DNA of 64,000 bases, taken from contig OZ365118.1 in NCBI GenBank assembly GCA_977030845.1, forward strand, positions 4,836,001 through 4,900,000. The letters run 5' to 3'. Below are positions 38,179 to 48,702 of the stretch, one piece after another. Source of the stretch: Fimbriosthenelais zetlandica. Its lineage: Eukaryota. The notes below the pieces were generated by a model. That model did no database searches, was not told the DNA's origin, and was given only the letters and a program-made list of their open reading frames with translations. The position numbers and the translations under genes are program-made. Positions within the stretch are counted from its first letter, which is position 1. Each line of letters starts with the position of its first letter.

Positions 38179-38381
38179 AATCTGGTCTCCACTGCTGCGA
38201 TTTTGCTTGCTACACCTCTGCGACAAAGGTGATGCTTGTGTTTCAATGACAAATTTACCATTGGAGGACGGCCTTAAGGCCTTGGACACTTGGAGCACAA
38301 TTTACAAATTGTATTCCTACAAAAGCATCACCTTTGTCGCAGTAGTGTCGCTAGAATAATCGCAGCAGTGGAGACCTGGCT
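38179..38381. mobile_element. MITE family 1, copy c
   Basis: ..CTGGTCTCCACTGCTGCGATTTTGC...ATCGCAGCAGTGGAGACCTGGCT|TAA. Confidence 0.85.
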
Positions 38382-39202
38382 TAAGGTATAGCCCTACTGG
38401 TCCCCTCCATTCCATACCATCTAATTGTCCTATACATTTACCTCATTTCCTATCTCTATTAACTGAATTTGTAATATTTTTAACATTTTTTTATGTATCT
38501 CAGTTAATGCTTTGGAATGACTTCTTTGCACCAAGCATATAGTCCTCATTGAACAAGAGAGCATGGGTTTGAGGCAAGTAGGTGTAATACAAAGGGACAT
38601 ATAATGGGCCACAGCCAAAAAGGAACAAAAAAATAAATTCAATTTCCTCCCATAATCAGCAATGTGCTCTTACATTTTTAAGTAACACCCAATGGCAGAC
38701 GTAGTCATATGTACCACAGTACTTGGCTCGGTAAAAAAAACTATTTCCATGCCATCTCAGAAATTGTAGGAGAGAATGAGAGGAGGAGGGAAGGGCCACA
38801 TTGCCCTCACATTAAAGCCCCTTAAACCTTGGCCCGGGATCATATATAGTCCATTAAACTCCCTACCCCTACCTCTTACCCTCTCCCCGCCCACTTCCTA
38901 CCTCCCACACTGCTTCACAATCCCGCCCCAACCGAGTTACCCTGCAAGAGACATTGGATAGAGTGTTCAATCTCCAATATATATATTTTCTCTGTAATAA
39001 ATCTTAGCTGACTACCCTAGCATTCCACATCGCAGCTGAAGTATTCGGTAGGCAGTCATCTATTCATCCATAATGACTTTGAAACTGCTCAAAACCAGGT
39101 CATGGGAGCAATTCAGATTCAAGACATTTTCTGAAATTTCAAGCCACAAATTTGTTGTTGTCGGGAGCAGTCAATATGTCTGTCCGTATTGATGGAGGGC
39201 CC

Positions 39203-39270
39203 CGCTGCCCTCCCAGCACTAGTGCTGCCCCCAGCGGCTACCCCGTGACATTCAGGCTGCCCCCTCGTGG
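39203..39270 (-). promoter_or_regulatory. Cluster of co-oriented CTCF-like motifs
   Basis: Minus strand CCACGAGGGGGCAG (39257-39270), plus weaker GCCGCTGGGGGCAGCAC (~39223-39239) and GTGCTGGGAGGGCAGCGG (~39202-39219). Confidence 0.45.
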
Positions 39271-39317
39271 GCTAAAGGGGAATTAGTCGGTGACGGCCAA
39301 TGACAGTCTGACAGCAT

Positions 39318-39866
39318 TGTGATGTATGTGGGTAACAGAATAAGATGATTCCAATGTGAAGTATATCGTAGTTTAATGTAGCTCTTATGATGTGTACAGT
39401 ACGGTGTGTAAGATGAAGATGAGATGATGGAGAACTAGATGTTACTATGATAAGACTGAGATGGAACTGAGATACCTGACAGAGGTGTACACGACCTTAT
39501 ATAGTGGAGCTGGTGATAGAGGGGGAGCATGGCATCCCAACCCCTATCACTTACAATAGGTTACATAAACAATGCTATGATGCTAATTCCTTAGATCTAT
39601 GCCATGCTGGCTTCAGGTGTGTGGATTACCACCAGCATGGCATGTCTGTGAAGCAGGGAAGACATACCTTAATAATTGTTATATAAACATAGAGTGGGGA
39701 TGCTAGGAAAACATAGACAGGTAGATTAATAAACATTACAGAATATGGCGACATGGATTATGATTGAAGGAAGACATAGTGATATTATAACATGCTACAA
39801 AGAGATAATTATTAAACCTAGAATGACCATAGGGGAAGGTATAAACTGTGACACTTATCCGTGACA
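39318..39866 (-). repeat. 3' LTR
   Basis: Minus-strand CTATATAAGG (39495-39504) and ATTAAA (39372-39377). I found no differences from the other LTR by eye. Confidence 0.92.
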
Positions 39867-41372
39867 TAATATCCCTGGAGGAATTAAAATTCACGACCTC
39901 CGATGGCGTGAAAATAGAAAGTAAGACTCTAAGTAATACATCGAGATGTTCCATTAAATGGATATAATAGTACAACAATGACCATTATAATTATGAATTT
40001 TCCCCGATTTTTTTGTTTGTTAAAGATTTTTTTGTGGGGAACGCCTAGGCTATTGCCCTGAAACATATATACAACGTATGTACTTAGATTATCAATATCT
40101 ACAAGAATACGCATAAGAGTTTGTACACAAAATATAGTGAACAATATGAATGGTTTGCCACAGAGAATCAAAATTTAAGTGAACACGCATACGATATAAT
40201 ATATAAATAGGATGAACAAATCTCTTTTGAATGGGTGGTAAATGAGGCGCAAATTAGCCTTTGAAAATAAATTTTAGGGTAGAGAATCAATTATATCAAT
40301 GCAGGTTTGTAAGGGGAAAGTAGAATAGGAATATTTGAACTAGGTTGAGAACGAAGTGGAATATATAGAATATCAATAGTTCGAGAATGAAGTGGAATAA
40401 GTTGAATAGTAATAGGTTGAGAACGAAGTTGAACATGTCGAATAGCAATAGATTGAGAACAAAGTGGAATATAAGAGATATAAACCGTAAATAGAATCAC
40501 ACTCAAACAACTGAATAAAATTATGAGAAATCCAAAGTCAGGCTAAAATAGTCCTGAACGAAAATTGGATATATTTGAAATGACGATATGAATTGAATTG
40601 AATGAAGTTGAAGTGAACCTTTACCATAAGGTTATGGCACTGTTTAGGAACCAGATCAGTATGCATAAGGACGCTGGAGGTCAGTAGAAAAGCTGCCTAT
40701 ACGAAACCCCGTCTTTTAAAAGACTACATACTGCTGTATACAGTGCTCATTACCAGCAAAGGTGTAAAAAAATCACAAAACTGAGGGATGCCTTATTATG
40801 AAGGACATACACACTCAAATAATAGGGTAACAACCCAAGAGCCTGAAAATGGCTTGAAAATAAACGCAAATTGAAGTGAATGATTGAACGAGTGAATGAT
40901 TGAACATATGAATGAATGAATTGAATTGAGTGGAAACATTTACGTGCAATATGAAAGAATAGCTTCAGACAAAACTTGAAAATGCGCGCTTGTCGCGCTG
41001 GGCAGTGAAAGGGTAGCTAATCATTTCACTTGAGCCCAGTGTGTCATGCTGCATGCAGGTGACATTCACGCCTATAGCCACCTGTCAGCTTTAAGTCTGA
41101 GTGATGAGACGAGAAAATAAGATTGGAGAATTACTAGATACAGCAAAAGTAGAAAAATTATACCTGCAGAAGTGAATTGTAAGATATATATACTAATGAA
41201 AGATTGATTTGGAGAATGAAAACTTTTGAATTTTGACAAGATAATAAGGGGAGAAAAATTGTAGACACCCATTGAAAATAGAGATAAATTCATACCTGAA
41301 AGATTATCTAAATCATGTACCAGTAATATAAGCTTAAAATGTCATTGAAGATTTGAAGTACGTTGAATGTCT

Positions 41373-42296
41373 TTAGTGGGCAAATACTTGCTGGTAGGTG
41401 CCCGCTTGATGTGGACCAGTAGGTATGGTAATGTCTGCTGGTTGTCGATATTGGCTTGAGTGGTGACAGAAAGCTTTCTGCCATAGTTCAAACGTTTGAG
41501 GTGAAGGAGTTTGAAACGATGATCTTGAAGGAGCTGGTTGAAGTGACGGCGATGTTGATGGAACAAGCAGAAGTTGTGTCAGGGATGGTGAAAATGACGC
41601 CTGAAGTTGCGCTAAGGAAGTTGAAGGAGTTGGCTGATGTTGAGGCAGTGACGATGAAGAATGTGGCTGTGGTTTATTCACTGATGGTGATGAAGTTGGC
41701 TCTAGGTTAGCCAGTGAAGGTGAACAGACTGGCCTAGGTTGAGCCATTGACGGAGAAGGAGCTGGCTGTAGCTCAGCAAGAGAAGAATGCGGTGAAGAAT
41801 GCGGCTGAAGTTGGGCCAGAGAAGGTGAAGGATTTGTTTTTTGTTGAAGTTGGGGATGTTGCAGTGTGGCTAGTTGAGGTGGAGCTAACACAGTGTGAGC
41901 AGGTTGAGTTGGAGCTAGAGATAGCTGTGGTTGGGGTTGAGCAGGTTGAGATTCAGAAAGTTGAGGTTGAAGTTCAGTTGGCTGGGATGTAACTGGAGTG
42001 TGTTGAGGTCCAGTCGGTTTAGTTGGTTGAGTTGTAATTGGAGGTTGAGTCGGTTGAACTTGAGTTTGGAAAGGATGTGCTTGAATGAGGATCGAAGATG
42101 ACGCGACCTGTGACGTAGGAGGCTGCACAGGGGCAGATGTGATCTGTACTGCTTGTGACAGTGTTTTCACTACTATTTCCATGAGTTGATTAGTTTGTTC
42201 TTTAATCCACTGTTGCCTTGAAAGACCATTGAACATGCTCTGCTCTAGGGCTAACAGGAAGTCTGTTGTAGGGGCTGGGTAATTTTGACCAACCAT
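41373..42296 (-). CDS. 307-aa Q/P/S/T-rich ORF inside the LTR element (possible gag-position protein)
   Basis: Longest ORF in the window. It starts about 85 nt after the PBS in the context GAAAATGG. A short helical-looking N-terminus is followed by low-complexity sequence and ~11-aa repeats. No recognisable domain. Confidence 0.55.
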   Translation of the reverse strand: MVGQNYPAPTTDFLLALEQSMFNGLSRQQWIKEQTNQLMEIVVKTLSQAVQITSAPVQPPTSQVASSSILIQAHPFQTQVQPTQPPITTQPTKPTGPQHTPVTSQPTELQPQLSESQPAQPQPQLSLAPTQPAHTVLAPPQLATLQHPQLQQKTNPSPSLAQLQPHSSPHSSLAELQPAPSPSMAQPRPVCSPSLANLEPTSSPSVNKPQPHSSSSLPQHQPTPSTSLAQLQASFSPSLTQLLLVPSTSPSLQPAPSRSSFQTPSPQTFELWQKAFCHHSSQYRQPADITIPTGPHQAGTYQQVFAH

Positions 42297-42363
42297 TTTC
42301 GAAGATGGCGTATGATAGTTGTAGAAGATGGAGAGCTGTAGTAGAAGTTGTAGAGCTCGGAAT

Positions 42364-42381
42364 CTTGAGGGTTTTCCACCA
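42364..42381 (-). other. Putative primer-binding site
   Basis: Minus strand: LTR end CA, AAT spacer, then TGGTGGAAAACCCTCAAG. The TGG is complementary to tRNA CCA; the cognate tRNA is not assigned. Confidence 0.6.
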
Positions 42382-42384
42382 ATT

Positions 42385-42933
42385 TGTGATGTATGTGGGT
42401 AACAGAATAAGATGATTCCAATGTGAAGTATATCGTAGTTTAATGTAGCTCTTATGATGTGTACAGTACGGTGTGTAAGATGAAGATGAGATGATGGAGA
42501 ACTAGATGTTACTATGATAAGACTGAGATGGAACTGAGATACCTGACAGAGGTGTACACGACCTTATATAGTGGAGCTGGTGATAGAGGGGGAGCATGGC
42601 ATCCCAACCCCTATCACTTACAATAGGTTACATAAACAATGCTATGATGCTAATTCCTTAGATCTATGCCATGCTGGCTTCAGGTGTGTGGATTACCACC
42701 AGCATGGCATGTCTGTGAAGCAGGGAAGACATACCTTAATAATTGTTATATAAACATAGAGTGGGGATGCTAGGAAAACATAGACAGGTAGATTAATAAA
42801 CATTACAGAATATGGCGACATGGATTATGATTGAAGGAAGACATAGTGATATTATAACATGCTACAAAGAGATAATTATTAAACCTAGAATGACCATAGG
42901 GGAAGGTATAAACTGTGACACTTATCCGTGACA
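42385..42933 (-). repeat. 5' LTR
   Basis: Copy of 39318-39866 at offset 3067. Confidence 0.92.
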
Positions 42934-43045
42934 GCATGTCTTCCCTATACACTGCTAAACTCCACCTGCATTCTCTCTCATTTTCTCTGGAAAAAAATCA
43001 GCTGAAGAATGAATGCCAATGGTGGCTGTATTAGTACAAGATTAA

Positions 43046-43255
43046 AGCCTGGATCACACTAATCCGATTCTCTATCCGGCTCCATCCGATAGCTATCCGA
43101 AACTATATTTTATTCACTCCAAATGCTTGTAATTTGAACAGAGATTTAGACCTAGGTAAGGCTAACTACTGACGAAATTTCAATCCTTGGTTGCCGTTAG
43201 TATTGGGGTTTCGCTTGGCGACGGATTGGAGGATCGGATTAGTGTGTTCCAGGCT
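43046..43255 (+). mobile_element. MITE family 2, copy d
   Basis: Same TIRs; TAA/TAA duplication. Confidence 0.9.
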
Positions 43256-44663
43256 TAATAAGAATATATTTGGAGTTGGAACACTATCGTATATTATATC
43301 CATATGACCATTTGTGAATGCTATGACAGGGTTTCAAATAGTCCCATGAAGTTCTGCTGATGATGTGGCAAAGTTCCACCAAGTGTGGTTTGCACAGGAA
43401 CGCTGTGATCTTTATTACTAAGATGTAATTTGAGGAATCTAATTGTTTATGACTCAACCCAGAATCTCTGCAATTAACTCCAAACGGTCCTGCTCATTAC
43501 TATAATGAGCACAAGTCCTATGGCATAATTTAGGATATTTTTTCTAGTCATTAATTTTAAATTTTAAACTTACAAAAGCTGTGCAATTATTATATTGCAT
43601 TGTCATGTAATAAATGGACCAAGCTAAATATAACAACATTGACATTACCTTAAAATTGGGCGGTTGATATCTTTTTTTTCCCTTTAGAAAAATACTATTT
43701 ACATCTCTATTATGTACTGATTTTTCCGCTGGAAACATAATGAATGATTGACAAAGGATTTCTATCTATACACTTAGTACGAGAACTGATTGAAAATCAA
43801 TAAGCATCGTCCTATATGGGTTATAGGAGGAGGAGTTGGGGGGTGGGGGAGGGGCGGGGGTGGGGGATGGGGGAGGGGTGAATGGATACAATTTCTACCC
43901 CTCTTCAGCTCCCCAGATCCGAGTCCTAGTGACATTTTTGTACTCAGCCCAGACCCAATCAATGTTACATTGATCGGCCTGCATTTCCAAGGTTACATTT
44001 GCTGGATGGCAGAAGGCACCAAGTCCTGTGTAAAATTGTCCATTATCATTCCCCATAGCGGTCCATACTACCAAACACTGGTAATAATTGCTACACATTG
44101 TTCCTCATTGTTCATACTAGGTCCTTGTCAAAGATATTATTGAGGTTTAGATTCTTAAACATAGCCTTAGAAAATTAGATTTCATTTAATATGAAAGGAA
44201 ATATTGGGATTGGAATATAGGGCCTTTGTGACATATGGAAAGGTTGGTTGCCAAAGATTGATAAAGGGTGCATAGCATTTTTTTTTGTCTTGCTGTACCC
44301 TAACAGAAATGGTACCAAGGTTTATTTACCACAAAACGCATGGCATTCTTAGCTTTGCCTGTAATTGATAAATTCCATGTCTGAGGTCACTATCTCTCTC
44401 CTCCCTTGTCAGTCAGAGTCTAACAAATATTCTGCTGACATAATTCTTACTTACTCTCTAGGCGATGGCTTAAGGCCCAATAAAGAAACTGCGAAGCGAA
44501 AAAACACTCCACAGGATGGTTTTTTTTATCTGCAGTTTGCATGGAATTTTCATGCTAAAAAAGCAGCAATGAGTTTTTTTTATCTGTTTTGTCTGCGTGG
44601 CAGTCCGCTGGGTGTTAGATGATGCATTTCATGCTACTTTCTAAGCTTCTGACAGATTTATAG

Positions 44664-44708
44664 TCTTTGTGACTGTTGCTCTGTTTCATTTCGTTGCGTG
44701 TGAATCAG
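44664..44708 (+). other. Candidate 45-nt symmetric (phase 1) cassette exon
   Basis: ...gacagatttatag| ... AATCAG|gtatga. Open only in phase 1 (FVTVALFHFVACES). Acceptor is modest; TGCATG at 44538 and 44752. Confidence 0.3.
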
Positions 44709-45808
44709 GTATGAATTGTGGAGCTTTGACTTGTGTTTTTTACTCACTTTCTGCATGCGAGAAAGAAGAATTCAAAATGGAGCACAACTGCCTCCGTATT
44801 TGCTCTGTATATTGAAGAGATTATGAAAGGCTCTAGAAATGTATTCATGGAGTAAAATGCCTTGTAAACCTGGAATAAAAATGAGTGGCATTAGCCTGCA
44901 CCCTCACCTAAATACCTGTATTATTGGCTTTGAAGGTTGAGCTTGGATGAGGTGTGAGTGGGGGAGGAGGAGGTGGGGGAGGAGGCCTGCTGATGACACC
45001 AGCGTCTGTGAGTAGTATAAGGAAATGAAATCCTCACTCGGGTAATCGCATTTCCAGCCCACTTCCCCCACTTAAAGCTTCTATTCTGTGAGGGTTTTAA
45101 CTATTCCTGGCTGGAATAAGCTCGATCCCTCCTCCCTACCCCAGCTGTGTACGGCCTTGTTTTAGGACAGATATTAATCCCCCCCCCCTCATTTACTGAA
45201 CCATGCTTCCGTTGATCATCGGATGATCCTCCCCCAAATCGCTCTTACGACAGAACATCTATGTTTTCCTCTAACTCCCACCCCCATTGATTTCCACCAA
45301 AAGAGCTATTTTTATTTCCCCCGAGCATTCTTTCCCCTTTTCCTTGGGTCTTCCACCTGGTTGGACCTTTGGCCCTTTATTCTGCTCTTTGTATTGCCAG
45401 CTCTGCACCCTGCACCCCCCCCCCCCCCATCAGCTGGTCACTGCCCTCTCTCTAGCTATACCCTTCCCTCATTCAGTATCCTGGTTCAGCCAGTACTGGT
45501 CACTTTATCCCAGCCCCATGTCTCCCCTAATCCATCGGCTCTGCTCTCGGGTCAGCTGGACCGAGAAGCGGTTCAAGACTCTAAAGGCAAGACCAGTCTC
45601 TTCTATAGGGACTACAGCATGGGGGCAGGCCTTATCTGGGGGCTGCTTGTCAGATAGTGGGTGCTCGGGTTGGGTTTGACAGAGTTTGGTGAGTTACAGC
45701 TTTGTCCGGACATAGCTGGGGATTAGGGGAGTGGTCAATAGGACTCGTCCCGGATATCGGCCACTGCCGTGCCGATTAGCGGGCGAGCAGACGCTTCTCA
45801 TCCTCTCT

Positions 45809-45953
45809 NNNNNNNNNNNNNNNNNNNNNNNNNNNNNNNNNNNNNNNNNNNNNNNNNNNNNNNNNNNNNNNNNNNNNNNNNNNNNNNNNNNNNNNNNNNN
45901 NNNNNNNNNNNNNNNNNNNNNNNNNNNNNNNNNNNNNNNNNNNNNNNNNNNNN
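45809..45953. other. Assembly gap
   Basis: N run. Confidence 1.
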
Positions 45954-46176
45954 TGCCGCCAGCTATTTAAAGACTATTTATCTGTTTGCACTTTCTTCTG
46001 CTTGGCCTCGGGTTTCCTTACAGCTCCCCGAGAAAAAAAGCTCTAGATTTATGGCGACGGGAATGTGGGACAAGCTTTATGGAATCTTAATGAGGGTGAA
46101 AATGATGTTAGAAATGGAAGGCGTTTAGCTGGTGGGCCTGGTGGAATATCGAGGTGTAGATGACTATCCACTGATG

Positions 46177-46365
46177 AGCCTGCACTCCACTGCTGCGATT
46201 TTGCTTGCGACACAATAGCGACAGTCGCAATGAAAAATGTACCAGTGAAGAACGGCCTTGAGGTCTCAGACACTTCGACTACATTTTATAAATTTTATTG
46301 TGACACAAGATCACCTTGGTCGCAGTAGTGTCGCTAGCAAAATCGCAACAGTGGAGTACCCAATA
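46177..46365. mobile_element. MITE family 1, copy d (right end eroded)
   Basis: AGCCTGCACTCCACTGCTGCGATTTTGCTTGCGAC...GCAAAATCGCAACAGTGGAGTAC. Confidence 0.85.
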
Positions 46366-46790
46366 TAAGGGAATGAGATATCGTTATGGAGGTAAATAAG
46401 CAGATGTTCTATCCGATAAATAGACACCCCAGCCTGGTCAAATCTCGGCCATCCGCCGACCCTAATGGCCCTGCTTCGATCCAAGGTCAACATTGTCTTG
46501 TTAACATAAACAATAATGATTCGCTTAATGCGCAATTGCGGCTGTGGGCAACAATAGGGTTCGGACCCCTGCTGAGGCGCACTTGTTTGTCCACCATTGT
46601 GAAGCGGAGCATTGTTGGTTAGGGACTGGTGTAATTACAGCTGACAAATACCCGGCCCACTCGGCCTCAGTCAGGCTCATCACTTGTTTTACAAGGCTAG
46701 CTTTTAATGGTGGGTGGACATGCGAGTAAAGTATCAAGGAAGGATCTTGACCTTGCTGGCTTGGTGGGGCAGTGTGAGCAAGGAAGGCTG

Positions 46791-46806
46791 GTGCGCCCTC
46801 TAGGGG
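46791..46806 (-). promoter_or_regulatory. CTCF-like motif
   Basis: Minus strand CCCCTAGAGGGCGCAC. Confidence 0.4.
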
Positions 46807-48663
46807 GGAGAAGGAAGTGTGGGTGGAGTTGTTACACTGCCAAGTAATCATGGAAATGTGACATGCAAGAAATACTAGAGGAAAAACTACAAGGTGGTCT
46901 CACTGCTTAGGGGTTAATCGGGCTTACTAGTTAGGGGTTAAGACAGTATTAGATGTATCAATAACTCCAATATTTCCTGGCGTTATTGTTTTGGCAAGAT
47001 CTATTTAAACCATAAGATTATTTTCCCACTTATTCATCAGAAACATCTGGTTTTCCTATTCTTTTCCCGCATATACACTGAACCTATGTTTATTATAGTA
47101 CAACATTTTATACTGCAACCTTCAAAAATATATACGAAGTTGATGAAAAAAGAAAGATGAAACTGTACAAGATAATAGATGATCAGAAGTTTGATACTTT
47201 GCAACCTTATATAGTCTCAGCAAAGATGAATTTTCTGTATACATGTGCTGATGATCTTAGCCTTGGCTCAGTAGGTCTGTCCTTGGCATGCCCTTTGATG
47301 AATTGCTTCGAGGGGTTGACATAATTGTGTATATACATACTCTTGGGTTGCAAGAAAGAAACTTTTCCTATTAGTACATACGCGAAAAAGACTTGTACTA
47401 GCCAATTTTTTATCAGATACCTCGAGGAAGCCTTTTCCTAATATTAACCGTTTTAAAGAAATTACATGAAATTTTAAGCTTTTTTCCATCAATAATATGC
47501 CATATTTGTTTCTCCTTTTGTCATAGCTTGTCATGTAACCCCATTCTATGGTTTCCTCTGAATCTGATGATGTTTTTTTTGGTAGCTATCTCTTCTTTCC
47601 TACACCTCTCAACATATCATCGTGTCAATTATATGTGCCTCTCTCCGCGCACACAGCCGCCATCATTGGTGTCCCGCATCACCTTGCTTTATCTGGCTTC
47701 CTTTCAACTTTCCATGTGGCTTCCCTTTGATTTGTCTGTAGAGAGAATCTGTGCAGCAGGAAGGCACTTGGCATGGCTTCCCTATATATATATAAGCCTC
47801 TCTTCCAGTTCCAGCCACCATCCATTTTGTCTTTTCATTGACCAATATCCAATGTGAAAGCAGCGCTGTTTCCCCTTAATGATTGACACCAAGATTTAGA
47901 TATCAACACATCCATAGACAACTTTTATTTCAAGCTTCTGCAGTGAAGCGTGGCCGAATTATCCACTTGATTAAATCTGATTAGGCAGTCTGGCGGGCAG
48001 GAAAAAAACGGCGCGTTTGAGGAGGGCGTATGGTGGTCTTTGATTGGCATGAGGCGGCCATATTCAGTGCCATATTAACCAAGCGTTAAAAAAAGATGGA
48101 AGGGCGATAAAAGAGAGTGGGACTGGGAATGCTGGGGAGAGAGACAGGGGGAGGCAGGGGGCTGAGGTGGTGGTATGAGCTGGGGAAATCATGGCTGGGT
48201 GTGCATGTTAAATAGGTATGGCTGTCTGGTAGGCTGGGCTGCTATACAGGGTTAGGTTGGGGGGCTTGTATTGAAATACGAATATATAAGGAATGGTATT
48301 TCTACCCTTGGAATTTATTTAATAAATTATTGATTTAAGAAACCGTCCCTGGAGGTGTGCCCCCACCCCTGTCTCTATGGCCCCACCTGGCTGTAGCATC
48401 GAGTACCCCCCCCCCCCCACCCACCCGTACTAGAGAGCCCAATGGGAGCTGCAGTATTTCCCCCCGTTTTACTACTGCCATTCACCCCCTACCCCATCCC
48501 TATATTCCGCATCATCTTTGAAGCTTAAATGGAGAACTTGGGCTTGAGGAGGCCTGGTGCTTGCGGTTTAGATGGAGAATGAATATTTAGGGTGGTTTTA
48601 CTGCTAATGGCCCACGTAAATCACTTATAATGTGGCCCGTTTACAGTCAGTTAATTCTGTCAG

Positions 48664-48702
48664 CTTTTAACCATGGCCACGCGCCAGTTATGATGTACCT
48701 AG
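48664..48702 (+). other. Candidate 39-nt symmetric (phase 1) exon
   Basis: ttaattctgtcag| ... CCTAG|gtgagc. Open only in phase 1 (FNHGHAPVMMYL). Weak acceptor. Confidence 0.3.

Larger units (their letters stand above)
39318..42933 (-). mobile_element. Full-length non-autonomous LTR retroelement (Ty3/Gypsy-like by its 4-bp TSD), very recent insertion
   Basis: Two 549-bp direct repeats with TG...CA ends (39318-39866, 42385-42933). TSD GCAT at 39314-39317 and 42934-42937. PBS-like TGGTGG 3 nt inside the right LTR. No RT, RNase H or integrase ORF in the 2.5-kb interior. Confidence 0.92.

Noticed and set aside
39504-42753. Two identical 60-aa ORFs, and plus-strand ORFs 41456-41710 and 41747-41992
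   Set aside because: The first pair is the duplicated LTR sequence; the others are antisense shadows of the repetitive 307-aa ORF.
39318-42933. Assembly artefact or DIRS-type element
   Set aside because: TG...CA direct LTRs, a PBS-like site and a 4-bp TSD fit a genuine LTR insertion. There are no inverted or split repeats.
46024-46153. Exon-like segment after a good acceptor with a G-rich frame (YGDGNVGQALWNLNEG...)
   Set aside because: An in-frame TAG occurs 7 codons in, the donor is weak and there is no homology.
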